This document shows positions 9,946-19,310 of a DNA stretch of 64,000 nt, piece after piece; the stretch's first letter is position 1, and each line of letters opens with the position of its first letter. Source of the DNA: Candidatus Omnitrophota bacterium (lineage in GTDB: Bacteria; Omnitrophota; Gorgyraeia; JAGLLT01); NCBI GenBank assembly GCA_030632085.1, contig DAOVJY010000002.1:13325-77324 (forward strand), in the 5' to 3' direction. The notes below the pieces were generated by a model. That model was not told the DNA's origin, searched no databases, and worked only from the letters and a program-made list of their open reading frames with translations. The position numbers were made by a program, and so were the translations under genes.

Positions 9946-11370
9946 ATGCCCAAGCCTAACGAAAAAGTTCATATGCTTACTCAGGATGTCCAAAAGAGAA
10001 AGAATAATTTTGATGAAGTAGCTCTCGGCCTTACTGAAGAACTAGCCGTAAATGAAGCTCAAAGATGCTTAAACTGTAAAAAGCCTCTTTGTATGCAAGG
10101 CTGTCCGGTAGGTATTAATATACCTGAGTTTATTATGCTTATTAAAGAGCGTAATTTTTTAGAGGCGGCCAGAGTAATAAAGAAGGAAAACCTGCTTCCG
10201 GCTATATGCGGCAGGGTTTGCCCGCAGGAAGACCAGTGCGAGAAGGCTTGTGTGCTTGATAGGACAGGCAAGGCTATTGCTATCGGCTATCTGGAAAGGT
10301 TTGCAGCCGATTATGAAATGAAAAATAGTCCGCAAAAAAGAGAAAATGGAGCCATCAGCCATCAGCCATCAGCCATCAGCCCACAGCAATGTAAAATTGC
10401 TGTAATCGGTTCCGGCCCATCCGGCCTTACATGTGCCAGCGAACTTAGAAAGAAAGGCTATCAGGTAACACTTTTTGAAGCCTTTCATAAGCCGGGCGGT
10501 GTTTTAATGTATGGTATTCCGTCATTCAGGCTGCCCAAAGATATTGTTAATTATGAAATAGATAATCTGCGAAAAATGGGAGTTGAAATAAAGGTAAACA
10601 GTGTTATAGGCAGGTTGAAAACAGTAGATCAGCTTATTAAGGATGAAGGCTACAGCGCGGTTTATATAGCCACGGGAGCCGGCCATCCTGTTTTTATGGG
10701 TATCGCGGGAGAAGAGCTTAATTATATCTATTCTTCAAATGAATTTTTAACCCGGGTTAATTTAATGGAAGCCTATAAGTTTCCGGAAGTGGATACACCT
10801 GTTGTTTTGGGTAAGAAAGTTGCTGTAATCGGCGGCGGCAATACAGCTATGGATTCAGCCAGGTGCGCGCTGCGCATGGGTACTGAAAAAGTGTACTGTA
10901 TTTACAGGCGTTCTGAGAAAGAGATGCCGGCCAGAGTTGAGGAGATTGAGCATGCCAAGGAAGAGGGTATAGAATTTATGTTTCTTACCGCGCCGGTTAA
11001 ATATATAGGTGATAGCGATAATAATGTTAAAAAAGCAGTTTGCATAAAAATGGAATTAGGCGAGCTGGATGATTCAGGAAGAAGAAGGCCGATTCCCATT
11101 GAAGGCAGCGAATTTGAAATTGAGGTAGATTCGGTAGTTGTTGCCATTGGCACTAATGCTAATCCTCTAATTTCTGATACGACTAAGAATATGGAAGTCA
11201 ATAAATGGGGTTATATTGTGACTGATGAGGCAGGCAGGACTACCAAAAAACGAGTCTACGCCGGAGGGGATATTGTAACCGGTTCAGCCACAGTTATTAA
11301 GGCTATGGGAGCCGGTAAAGAAGCCGCCCATGTAATAGATGAGGATTTGAAAAATCTTGATAGAAAATGA
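9946..11370 (+). CDS. nfnB: glutamate synthase small-chain-like NADPH oxidoreductase subunit (NfnB/SudA/GltD family)
   Basis: 474 aa. Two N-terminal 4Fe-4S Cys clusters (CLNCKKPLCMQGCP, CGRVCPQEDQCEKAC) and FAD/NAD Rossmann motifs (IAVIGSGPSGL, VAVIGGGNTAMD). Confidence 0.85.
   Translation: MPKPNEKVHMLTQDVQKRKNNFDEVALGLTEELAVNEAQRCLNCKKPLCMQGCPVGINIPEFIMLIKERNFLEAARVIKKENLLPAICGRVCPQEDQCEKACVLDRTGKAIAIGYLERFAADYEMKNSPQKRENGAISHQPSAISPQQCKIAVIGSGPSGLTCASELRKKGYQVTLFEAFHKPGGVLMYGIPSFRLPKDIVNYEIDNLRKMGVEIKVNSVIGRLKTVDQLIKDEGYSAVYIATGAGHPVFMGIAGEELNYIYSSNEFLTRVNLMEAYKFPEVDTPVVLGKKVAVIGGGNTAMDSARCALRMGTEKVYCIYRRSEKEMPARVEEIEHAKEEGIEFMFLTAPVKYIGDSDNNVKKAVCIKMELGELDDSGRRRPIPIEGSEFEIEVDSVVVAIGTNANPLISDTTKNMEVNKWGYIVTDEAGRTTKKRVYAGGDIVTGSATVIKAMGAGKEAAHVIDEDLKNLDRK
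10352..10386 (+). repeat. in-frame heptanucleotide tandem repeat (gccatca x3) inside nfnB
   Basis: gccatcagccatcagccatcagcccaca encodes AISHQPSAISPQQ in the linker between the ferredoxin and FAD domains. Confidence 0.7.
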
Positions 11371-11608
11371 TATCAATAAACGGGCGGACACAAGGCCCGC
11401 CCCTACGATATCTGATATTATTTGTGCGTTTAAATCAAAATGTTCCGTCGGATATTTAAAATATATAAAACAAAATAATCTTGATATTTCCGGACAAATA
11501 TGGCAGCGGTCGTTTTATGACCATGTTATCAGAAATGAACGTTCGCTAAATGCTGTAAGAGAATATATTTCGAATAATCCTGAAAACTGGGAAGAGAATA
11601 TCTCATGA
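11357..11608 (+). pseudogene. REP-associated tyrosine transposase (RAYT / IS200-like, COG1943), C-terminal fragment
   Basis: 83 aa ending WQRSFYDHVIRNERSLNAVREYISNNPENWEE, the catalytic-Tyr helix and C-terminus of RAYT/IS200 TnpA. The N-terminal HUH half is missing (full length is about 150-180 aa). Confidence 0.65.
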
Positions 11609-12111
11609 AAGATAACAAATTTGTATTCCAATCAATAGGAATTATTCATTCTCCGCATAAAAAAATTTCCAAAATCCCCATACAACCTGTTTTTTGTAAT
11701 GACATTGAAGGTACAGTTATATTGAATAATAAATATGCTGACGGATTAAAAGATTTGCAAGGATTCTCTCATATCTATTTGTTCTATTATTTCAATCATT
11801 CACAGAAAACGTGTTTACGTTTAAAGCCATATCTGTCAGATCGTGAACATGGTATTTTTGCTACACGCGCTCCACACCGTCCTAATAAATTAGGAATGAG
11901 CCTTGTGCGGTTGGATAGAATTGAAGATAATATTCTTTATGTCAGAGATCTTGATATATTAGATGGCACACCTTTGCTTGACATCAAACCATACATACAA
12001 AGGTTCGATTCAAGGGAAGATGTCAAATCAGGGTGGCAAGATACTATCTTAGATGATGCTGCATCCGTGCGAGGTTTGAGAGACTTTAAGAGACAGAAAG
12101 GAAAAAGTTAA
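11605..12111 (+). CDS. tsaA: tRNA (adenine37-N6)-methyltransferase TrmO/TsaA (YaeB, UPF0066) family
   Basis: 168 aa with IGIIHSP, GFSHIYLFYYF, RAPHRPNKLGMSLVRL and LDGTPLLDIKPY motifs. Confidence 0.8.
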   Translation: MKDNKFVFQSIGIIHSPHKKISKIPIQPVFCNDIEGTVILNNKYADGLKDLQGFSHIYLFYYFNHSQKTCLRLKPYLSDREHGIFATRAPHRPNKLGMSLVRLDRIEDNILYVRDLDILDGTPLLDIKPYIQRFDSREDVKSGWQDTILDDAASVRGLRDFKRQKGKS

Positions 12112-12205
12112 CAAATCGTTTCACCTGACATTTTTCCGCTCCGTAAAAACCGGTGAGTTCAACCACTATAAGTAAATAATAAAAAAAATAATAGAAAGAT
12201 AAAAC

Positions 12206-12234
12206 TTGACATATATGCATAAATAAGGCATAAT
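12206..12234 (+). promoter_or_regulatory. sigma70-like promoter of vapBC with overlapping ATGCAT palindromes
   Basis: TTGACA, 17 nt, CATAAT. tatgcat...atgcata palindromes overlap the -10 and are a plausible autoregulatory operator. Confidence 0.4.
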
Positions 12235-12270
12235 AATGCATATAAATTATATGATGAAAGGAGATCAAAT

Positions 12271-12462
12271 ATGAGAACGACATTAAACATAAAAGATGAT
12301 TTAATTAAAAAAGCCTCTAAACTTACAGGTATAACGGAGAAAACCAATCTGGTTAAATTAGGGTTGGAAGCACTTATCGCGGCAGAAAGCAGAAAAAGGT
12401 TAGCTAAATTAGGTGGGACTGAAAAGAGGTTGAATAATATTTCACGCAGGAGAATCAATTAA
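12271..12462 (+). CDS. vapB: VapB-family type II antitoxin
   Basis: 63 aa. MRTTLNIKDDLIKKA N-terminus is typical of VapB antitoxins. The gene overlaps the PIN toxin gene by 1 nt (TAATG). Confidence 0.8.
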   Translation: MRTTLNIKDDLIKKASKLTGITEKTNLVKLGLEALIAAESRKRLAKLGGTEKRLNNISRRRIN

Positions 12463-12824
12463 TGATCCTTGTTGATACATCCGTGTGGGTTTCCCATTTG
12501 CGCGATGGTAATTCTAAACTTGAACAGTTGTTGAATAATGGAGATGTGCTTTGTCACTCATTTATCGTTGGAGAGCTTGCGTGCGGTAATATTAAAAATA
12601 GAAGCGAGATATTGTCTTTGTTAAATACACTCCCTAAAGCTGATATTTTGGATGACGAGGAGGTTTTGATGTTCATTGAAAAAAATAATTTAATGGGTAA
12701 AGGACTTGGCTTAATTGATATTCATCTTCTCGCATCCACAATGTTAAGTGAAGCTGCCTTATGGACATTAGATACTAAGTTAAAACATAAAGCTCATATA
12801 CTAGGTGTATCCTGCGAATATTAA
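12462..12824 (+). CDS. vapC: PIN-domain toxin VapC
   Basis: 120 aa. MILVDTSVWVSHL with the acidic residues conserved, and IDIHLLAS. Confidence 0.85.
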   Translation: MILVDTSVWVSHLRDGNSKLEQLLNNGDVLCHSFIVGELACGNIKNRSEILSLLNTLPKADILDDEEVLMFIEKNNLMGKGLGLIDIHLLASTMLSEAALWTLDTKLKHKAHILGVSCEY

Positions 12825-12959
12825 TAAATAACAACTCGTTTTAGCGGATCCCGTTTCGCGCCAAAACTTGTACTTGAACGTTTCGCGGCGGCGCGCCGAT
12901 CTCAACGTTATGTTAAGAAATAATAAAAAAATTATTTGTACATTTTTTGTAAAAAAATC

Positions 12960-13013
12960 TTGACAGTATAAATCTGTTATGTTAAGGTCATATTTGCACA
13001 ATGGTGTGCAAAT
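12960..13013 (+). promoter_or_regulatory. TTGACA box plus perfect palindrome ATTTGCACA-N4-TGTGCAAAT upstream of the GltB-domain gene
   Basis: 9-bp perfect inverted repeat with a 4-nt spacer at 12992-13013, 77 nt upstream of the start codon. TTGACA lies at 12960-12965. Confidence 0.35.
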
Positions 13014-13089
13014 AGAGACAAAGTATGTCTTTACCAAGAATGGTAGAGGTATGCTTTTTTTGTTTTTAGGACAAACAAGGAGGTAAGTT

Positions 13090-14730
13090 ATGGTTCAATG
13101 GCGAAAAACAAACGATGCTATTGGCAGTATCAACCGCGGTGATCCTTGCGAATCAGGTCTTTGTACCTTATGCCGCGCAGACTGCATGGGTAAATGTGAG
13201 ACTTGGTTGGCGAGTTTAAGAGGCCGCAAACTTCTTTATCCTAGAGATTTCGGTAGAATTACCTCGGGTAGCTCTAACACCTGCCACGTGGGTGTTTCCT
13301 ATAATTCCCTCAGAATTCAAGGATATCTTTACGGTGCTAATAACCTTCCCGAAGGTATTACTAATAGCGCTGATGATTGTGTTTTTCCAAACGTATCTAT
13401 AGAAACAGAATTTGGTTCTGATGTAAAAACCAAAATTAAAGTTCCTATGATGACAGGTGCTTTAGGTTCTACGTTTATTGCCGCTAAATACTGGGATTCA
13501 TTTGCTATAGGAGCCTCATTGGTGGGTTTTCCTATCGTAGTTGGTGAAAACGTAGTAGGTATTGATAAGCAAGCTGTTATTGAAAACGGTAAAATTGTAA
13601 AAGCCCCTGAGCTTGACAGGCGTGTTGATACTTACCTGCGTTATTATGACGGATATGGCGCCATTATCGTTCAGATGAATGTTGAAGACACAAGAAACGG
13701 TGTGGCTGAATATATTATTAATAAATACGGTGATAAAGTTATCATGGAACTTAAATGGGGCCAGGGAGCCAAAGATATCGGCGGCGAAATCCAGGTAACT
13801 GACTTGGAATACGCCAAATTCCTAAAAGACAGAGGTTATGTTGTTGATCCTGATCCAACTCTGCCGGAAGTACAGGAAGCTTTTAAAAACGGAGCTATAA
13901 AAGCCATAGCCCGGCACAGTCGTTTAGGTTATACGGATAATCCGTCAGTAGATGAAACTAAAAAGACTTTTATGGATTCAGTTAAACAATTAAGAGAGCT
14001 CGGTTATAAGAGAATATCTCTTAAAACCGGTTCTTACGGCATGGAAGCTTTAGCTATGTCTATAAAATACGCCTCAGAAGCTAAACTCGACCTACTTACA
14101 ATTGATGGTTCCGGCGGTGGCACGGGTATGAGTCCTTGGAATATGATGGAGACTTGGGGTGTGCCTTCAATTCTTTTACATTCTAAGGCTTATGAATATG
14201 CTAAACTCTTAGAAGATAAAGGTACGAAAGTAGTTGATATGGCTTTTGCCGGCGGTTTAGCCAGAGAAGACCATATCTTTAAAGCTTTAGCTTTAGGCGC
14301 GCCATACACCAAATTGGTTTGTATGGGTAGATCCTTGATGATTCCCGCTTTCTTGGGTTCAAACATCGAAGGCGTCATAAACCCTGAAAATAAGGAAAAA
14401 TTAAACGGTAACTGGGATAAACTACCCAAGTCAATTGCAGACTTAGGTAACAGCCCAGAGCAGATATTTGCCGGCTATGCGGAGATTGAAAAGAAAGTCG
14501 GTAAAGATGAAATGAAGAATATTCCTTTCGGTGCCATTGCGGTGTGGACTCTGGCTGATAAATTAGGTGCCGGTTTGCAGCAGCTTATGGCTGGTGTCAG
14601 AAAGTTTAAGACCGAAGGTATTAGCCGAGGGGAAATTTTCTCAGCTAACAGAGAAACAGAAGAAGCTACGAAGGTACCTTACATTACTGATGTGGAGGAT
14701 GATAAAGCTAAAAAAATCATCAGTTCATAA
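13090..14730 (+). CDS. glutamate synthase-related FMN-binding domain protein (archaeal-type GltB domain) with N-terminal Cys-rich motif
   Basis: 546 aa. TIDGSGGGTGMSPWNMMETWGVP and VCMGRSLMIPAFLG match the GltS FMN/TIM-barrel domain signature. N-terminal CESGLCTLCRADCMGKCE. Confidence 0.7.
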   Translation: MVQWRKTNDAIGSINRGDPCESGLCTLCRADCMGKCETWLASLRGRKLLYPRDFGRITSGSSNTCHVGVSYNSLRIQGYLYGANNLPEGITNSADDCVFPNVSIETEFGSDVKTKIKVPMMTGALGSTFIAAKYWDSFAIGASLVGFPIVVGENVVGIDKQAVIENGKIVKAPELDRRVDTYLRYYDGYGAIIVQMNVEDTRNGVAEYIINKYGDKVIMELKWGQGAKDIGGEIQVTDLEYAKFLKDRGYVVDPDPTLPEVQEAFKNGAIKAIARHSRLGYTDNPSVDETKKTFMDSVKQLRELGYKRISLKTGSYGMEALAMSIKYASEAKLDLLTIDGSGGGTGMSPWNMMETWGVPSILLHSKAYEYAKLLEDKGTKVVDMAFAGGLAREDHIFKALALGAPYTKLVCMGRSLMIPAFLGSNIEGVINPENKEKLNGNWDKLPKSIADLGNSPEQIFAGYAEIEKKVGKDEMKNIPFGAIAVWTLADKLGAGLQQLMAGVRKFKTEGISRGEIFSANRETEEATKVPYITDVEDDKAKKIISS

Positions 14731-14757
14731 ACACTGTTTCTTAAGTAAATAGATAAG

Positions 14758-14790
14758 AAGGGACGTTTTAGAATGTCCCTTCTTTCTTTA
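14758..14790 (+). terminator. rho-independent terminator
   Basis: aagggac / gtccctt stem, loop gttttagaat, followed by ctttcttta. Confidence 0.6.
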
Positions 14791-14895
14791 TAGACTATGA
14801 ACTTGACGTTTGAAGCTATAAGTAGTAGTATATTTATGAATTAATCGGGTTTAATAATAAAAATAGTAAAAAAATAATTCACATTTAATTTATAT

Positions 14896-15681
14896 ATGAA
14901 AGAATATAGATTTAAACATTTATACGGGCCTGTGTCTTCCTGGAGATTAGGCAGGTCTTTAGGGGTTGATTTACTTCCCGGCGGCTGTAAAACATGTACT
15001 TTTGATTGTGTATATTGTCAATTAGGACAAATTAAAGAATATACCACTCAAAGGCGGGTTTTTGTAAGAACCAAGGGAGTTATTAATGAGATTAAGTCTT
15101 TGCCTGATATCCCTATAGATTATTTTACTTTTTCCGGCCAGGGCGAACCCGCGTTGGCGGCAAACTTGGGTGAAACTGCCCGAGCCATAAAGGAAATTCG
15201 CGGTGAACCGGTGGCGGTTATCAGTAACAGTTCTTTTATTCACGATGCCGGTTTTAGGGAAGAGTTAGCTGTGGTTGATTACGCGTTATTAAAATTCGAT
15301 GCTCATAATCAACAAACTCTGGAAGCTATAAACCGCCCTTGTAAAAATATTAGGTTTGATGATATTTTTAGCGGTATAATAAAATTCAGGCAAATATATA
15401 AAGGCATTTTGGCTCTGCAAATAATGTTTATTGAAAGTAATAAAAATAGCGCCCATGAGTTTGTCAAGCTTTTAGAATTAATTAAACCCGATGAAGTACA
15501 TTTAAATACACCCTTAAGGCCGAGCGCGATTAAACCGTTATCTGAAGATGAAATGAAAGAAATAAAAACGGTTTTTAAGGATTTACCTTATAAAGTAAGC
15601 TCTGTTTATGAAATTGAAAAAATTAAAGTTGAGCCAATTTCCGAAGAAGATACATTAAAAAGAAGGCCGAATAAATTTTAA
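14896..15681 (+). CDS. radical SAM protein (small, about 260 aa)
   Basis: GPVSSWRLGRSLGVDLLPGGCKTCTFDCVYCQ contains CxxxCxxC, followed by a GQGEP glycine-rich SAM motif. Confidence 0.75.
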   Translation: MKEYRFKHLYGPVSSWRLGRSLGVDLLPGGCKTCTFDCVYCQLGQIKEYTTQRRVFVRTKGVINEIKSLPDIPIDYFTFSGQGEPALAANLGETARAIKEIRGEPVAVISNSSFIHDAGFREELAVVDYALLKFDAHNQQTLEAINRPCKNIRFDDIFSGIIKFRQIYKGILALQIMFIESNKNSAHEFVKLLELIKPDEVHLNTPLRPSAIKPLSEDEMKEIKTVFKDLPYKVSSVYEIEKIKVEPISEEDTLKRRPNKF

Positions 15682-15693
15682 GGGAGCGTTGTA

Positions 15694-15906
15694 ATGTTGG
15701 AATGCAGAATTGAAGAAAACAGAAAGAATTGCCCCTGTACTTATGAGCCTTGTTCAAGGAAAGGTATGTGTTGTCAGTGTATCATCTATCATAAAAGGAT
15801 GGGAGAGCTTCCCGCGTGTTATTTTCCGCCTGATGTGGAGAAAACAGGTGAACGTTCTATAAAAAAGTTTGTAGAATTAATTAAAGAAAGAGGCCAGTGG
15901 TGGTAA
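15694..15906 (+). CDS. small Cys-rich protein (7 Cys in 70 aa), function unknown
   Basis: [33 protein letters not shown]. Lies 12 nt downstream of the radical SAM gene and overlaps the next gene start. Confidence 0.45.
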   Translation: MLECRIEENRKNCPCTYEPCSRKGMCCQCIIYHKRMGELPACYFPPDVEKTGERSIKKFVELIKERGQWW

Positions 15907-16685
15907 GCGATAATAATATTACATTAAGAAAAGATGTAGCTGTAAAAGCAGCCCTTGAAGCCGGAGAAATGCTTAAAAAAAACTTTGGGCATGTAACTGA
16001 TATAAAAACGAAGTCTGATAGAAACCTGGTAAGTGATTTAGATTTAAAAGCGGATGAGATTATCACCCGCGTTATTGAGGAAAAGTTTGAGTCTGATAAT
16101 ATTCTCTCTGAAGAAAAACCTATTCCGGAATTAGAAGCGGGCTTTACCTGGATAATTGACCCCATAGACGGCACTCATAATTATATCCGCAATATTGCTA
16201 TTTTCGGTGTTTCTATCGGTATAGCTTATGATGATAAGGTTGTCGCCGGAGTTATATATATGCCGACAACCAATGAGTTATACTGGGCCCAAAGAGATAA
16301 GGGTGCTTATTGTAATGATAAAAGGATAAGAGTTTCTCAGAGAGATATCAGGCAGGCGACTATATTCTTTGATTCAGGTATCAGGTATGAACCTGATGCT
16401 ATTTTAAAGTCTTTAGGCAGCTTGGCCGATAAAGTGTTTAATGTCAGAATGTTGGGTTCAACCGTTAGAGGCCTAACTTATATAGCCGAAGGAAAAGCCG
16501 AACTGGAAGTTGAATATACCGATCAAGTCTGGGATTATGCCGCCGGGTTACATATTATTGAAGAAGCCGGAGGCAGAGTAACTGATTTTAAAGGTAACGA
16601 ATGGAATATAAACACAAAAGAATATATTGCCTCAAACGGTGTTATTCATGATGAAGTTTTAAATACGCTTAATGATAATAAATAA
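15897..16685 (+). CDS. suhB: inositol monophosphatase family protein (SuhB-like)
   Basis: 262 aa with WIIDPIDGT and the metal-binding motifs of the IMPase family. Confidence 0.9.
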   Translation: MVVSDNNITLRKDVAVKAALEAGEMLKKNFGHVTDIKTKSDRNLVSDLDLKADEIITRVIEEKFESDNILSEEKPIPELEAGFTWIIDPIDGTHNYIRNIAIFGVSIGIAYDDKVVAGVIYMPTTNELYWAQRDKGAYCNDKRIRVSQRDIRQATIFFDSGIRYEPDAILKSLGSLADKVFNVRMLGSTVRGLTYIAEGKAELEVEYTDQVWDYAAGLHIIEEAGGRVTDFKGNEWNINTKEYIASNGVIHDEVLNTLNDNK

Positions 16686-16691
16686 CGCTTT

Positions 16692-17372
16692 ATGAATATA
16701 GAAGCTATAAAATCCAATTACGAAGAAATAAAAAGTGAACTACCGGACAACGTAAAAATAGTTGTTGCCGCTAAGACAAGAGGCCTTGATGAGCTTAAAG
16801 CGGTGATTGAAGCCGGAGCCCGTATTATCGGAGAAAATTATGTTCAGGAAGCCCGAGAAATAAAAGAGGCTTTGGGTAAAAAAAGTAATTCGCTAAAGTG
16901 GCACATGATTGGCCATTTGCAAACAAATAAAGTAAAAGCCGCGGTTGAAATTTTTGATATGATTGAAACCCTGGATTCTCTGAAGCTGGCCGCGGAAATA
17001 GATAAAAGGGCTAAAGAGATTAATAAAATAATGCCGGTTTTAATTGAAGTTAATAGCGGCGAGGAAGATCAAAAGACAGGCCTTAAACCGGAAAAAACGG
17101 TTGAATTTATAAAAGATATCAGTCTTCTTAAAAATATAAAGGTTTCAGGGCTTATGACTATGGGCCCCCGTTTTGGTGACCCAGAAGACTCAAGACAATT
17201 TTTTAAGAAAACTAAGAATTTATTTAATGAAATAGCGGCGGAAAAAATAAATAATGTTCAAATGAAATATCTTTCTATGGGAATGAGTAACACATATAAG
17301 ATTGCTATAGAAGAAGGCAGCAATATGATCAGGCCGGGGAGTATTATTTTTGGTGAAAGGGATTATTCCTAA
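16692..17372 (+). CDS. yggS: YggS-family pyridoxal phosphate homeostasis protein
   Basis: 226 aa. N-terminal fold-type III PLP barrel (VAAKTR, GENYVQEA, HMIGHLQTNKVK). Confidence 0.9.
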   Translation: MNIEAIKSNYEEIKSELPDNVKIVVAAKTRGLDELKAVIEAGARIIGENYVQEAREIKEALGKKSNSLKWHMIGHLQTNKVKAAVEIFDMIETLDSLKLAAEIDKRAKEINKIMPVLIEVNSGEEDQKTGLKPEKTVEFIKDISLLKNIKVSGLMTMGPRFGDPEDSRQFFKKTKNLFNEIAAEKINNVQMKYLSMGMSNTYKIAIEEGSNMIRPGSIIFGERDYS

Positions 17373-17399
17373 AGAATTTAAAAACGAGAGGGACAATTT

Positions 17400-19295
17400 A
17401 TGTCAAAGGACGTATTAAAGATTATTCGAGAAAAATGTTCAGAGGAAAACTTAAGTAAGCTTGAAGCATTAAACAACCAAACTCTTTTGGAGTTTATAGC
17501 TGAATATTTAGAACTCTGTAATCCTGATACAATTTTTGTAAGGACGGATTCAGAGGAAGATACAGATTATATTAGAAAAAAAGCATTAGAGCTTAAAGAG
17601 GAATTGCCTTTAACCACCAAAGGCCATACGATTCACTTTGATGGCTATAACGACCAGGCCAGAGATAAAAAGAATACTAAATTCCTGGTTGATGAAAGCA
17701 CGGAGTTATCCAGGGGAATTAATCAGGTAGCTAAAGAAGAAGGTTTAAAAGAAGTTAAATCATATTTAAAAAATCTTATGAGCGGTAAAGAGGCCTATGT
17801 TTGCTTTTATTGTCTGGGCCCGAATGATTCCGAGTTTTCAATATCGGCGGTACAAATAACCGATTCCAGCTATGTAGCCCATTCGGAAGATATACTTTAT
17901 AGAGGTGGTTATGAAGAATTTAAAAAATTAAACGATAAGGATAGTTTTTTTAAATTTGTTCATTCAGCCGGTGCTTTAGAGAATGGTGTTAGTCGCGATA
18001 TAGACAAAAGAAGAGTTTATATTGATTTATCAAATAACATAGTTTACAGCACTAATACCCAGTATGGAGGCAATACCATCGGTTTAAAAAAACTAGCTAT
18101 GAGGTTAGCCATAAAAAAAGCTTCAGATGAAGGTTGGCTAACAGAACATATGTTTGTTATGGGCACTATAGGAAAAAATGGTAGAAAAACATATTTTACC
18201 GGCGCTTTTCCCAGTGCCTGCGGCAAGACATCTACATCCATGCTTGAAGGTGAAAAGATTGTAGGTGATGATATTGCTTACTTAAGAAAAATTGGTAATG
18301 AGATCAGAGCGGTCAATGTTGAAAGAGGTATGTTTGGTATTATCAAGGATGTCAATTCCGAGGATGATCCGCTTATCTGGAGGGCGTTACATGATCCCGG
18401 TGAAATAATTTTCTCAAATATTTTAATGACGCCTGAAAAGACACCTTATTGGCTGGGCAAAGACGGCGATGTGCCTTCTGAGGGCATAAATTATTCCGGT
18501 AAATGGCAGCCGCAGAAAAAAGATGATGCTAATAATGAAATAACACCTTCTCATAAAAATGCCAGGTATACCATCAGGCTGGCTGAATTGGGTAATCGTG
18601 ATGAAAAGGCGGATGCTCCTGAAGGTGTCAAAGTTGAAGGTGTAATTTACGGCGGCAGAGATTCTAATACTTCCGTTCCGATAGAAGAGGCTTTTAATTG
18701 GAAACACGGTATATTAACTAAAGCGGCTACCCTGGAATCTGAGACTACGGCGGCTACCCTGGGACAGGAAGGGGTAAGAGTGTTTAACCCCATGTCTAAC
18801 CTGGATTTTCTTTCTATTCCTTTAGGCAGATACATAGAGAATAATATTAAGTTTGTTAAAGGGTTAAATAATCCTCCAAAAATCTTCTCAGTTAATTATT
18901 TTCTTAAAGATAAAGAGGGTAAATACATAAGCGGCATGCACGATAAGCATGTCTGGCTTAAATGGATGCAACTAAGAGTATACGGTGAAGTTGAAGCTAT
19001 AAAAACTCCATCGGGATATATTCCGTTTTATGAAGATCTTAAGCAACTCTTTAAAGAGGTTTTGAATAAGGAATACGCCCGGGAGGTCTATAATGAACAG
19101 TTTAAAATAAGAGTTCCTGAAAATGTGGCTAAGATTGACAGGATATTGGTTATCTATAAAGAACAGGTGGATGATACGCCTGAAGAGATTATTAAAGAAT
19201 TAGAACTGCAAAGGGAGAGATTCTTTAAGTTAGCCGATGAGCTGGGAGATCATGTAACTCCTGATATTTTAAAAGAAAACCAGAATTTGGTATAA
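17400..19295 (+). CDS. pckG: phosphoenolpyruvate carboxykinase (GTP)
   Basis: 631 aa. Kinase-1a P-loop FPSACGKTS and GTP-type PEPCK similarity throughout. Confidence 0.93.
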   Translation: MSKDVLKIIREKCSEENLSKLEALNNQTLLEFIAEYLELCNPDTIFVRTDSEEDTDYIRKKALELKEELPLTTKGHTIHFDGYNDQARDKKNTKFLVDESTELSRGINQVAKEEGLKEVKSYLKNLMSGKEAYVCFYCLGPNDSEFSISAVQITDSSYVAHSEDILYRGGYEEFKKLNDKDSFFKFVHSAGALENGVSRDIDKRRVYIDLSNNIVYSTNTQYGGNTIGLKKLAMRLAIKKASDEGWLTEHMFVMGTIGKNGRKTYFTGAFPSACGKTSTSMLEGEKIVGDDIAYLRKIGNEIRAVNVERGMFGIIKDVNSEDDPLIWRALHDPGEIIFSNILMTPEKTPYWLGKDGDVPSEGINYSGKWQPQKKDDANNEITPSHKNARYTIRLAELGNRDEKADAPEGVKVEGVIYGGRDSNTSVPIEEAFNWKHGILTKAATLESETTAATLGQEGVRVFNPMSNLDFLSIPLGRYIENNIKFVKGLNNPPKIFSVNYFLKDKEGKYISGMHDKHVWLKWMQLRVYGEVEAIKTPSGYIPFYEDLKQLFKEVLNKEYAREVYNEQFKIRVPENVAKIDRILVIYKEQVDDTPEEIIKELELQRERFFKLADELGDHVTPDILKENQNLV

Positions 19296-19310
19296 ACAAG
19301 GAGATATTTT

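Noticed and set aside
12830-12905. GC-rich segment containing GGATCC and GGCGCGCC sites, considered as vector or synthetic contamination
   Set aside because: It is too short and flanked seamlessly by native AT-rich sequence and the vapC stop. It is more likely a remnant of horizontally acquired DNA or a structured 3' region, and it is kept only as part of the islet finding.
14567-14752. 61-aa plus-strand ORF overlapping the 3' end of the GltB-domain gene
   Set aside because: It is an alternative frame inside a conserved CDS and runs through the terminator, so it is spurious.
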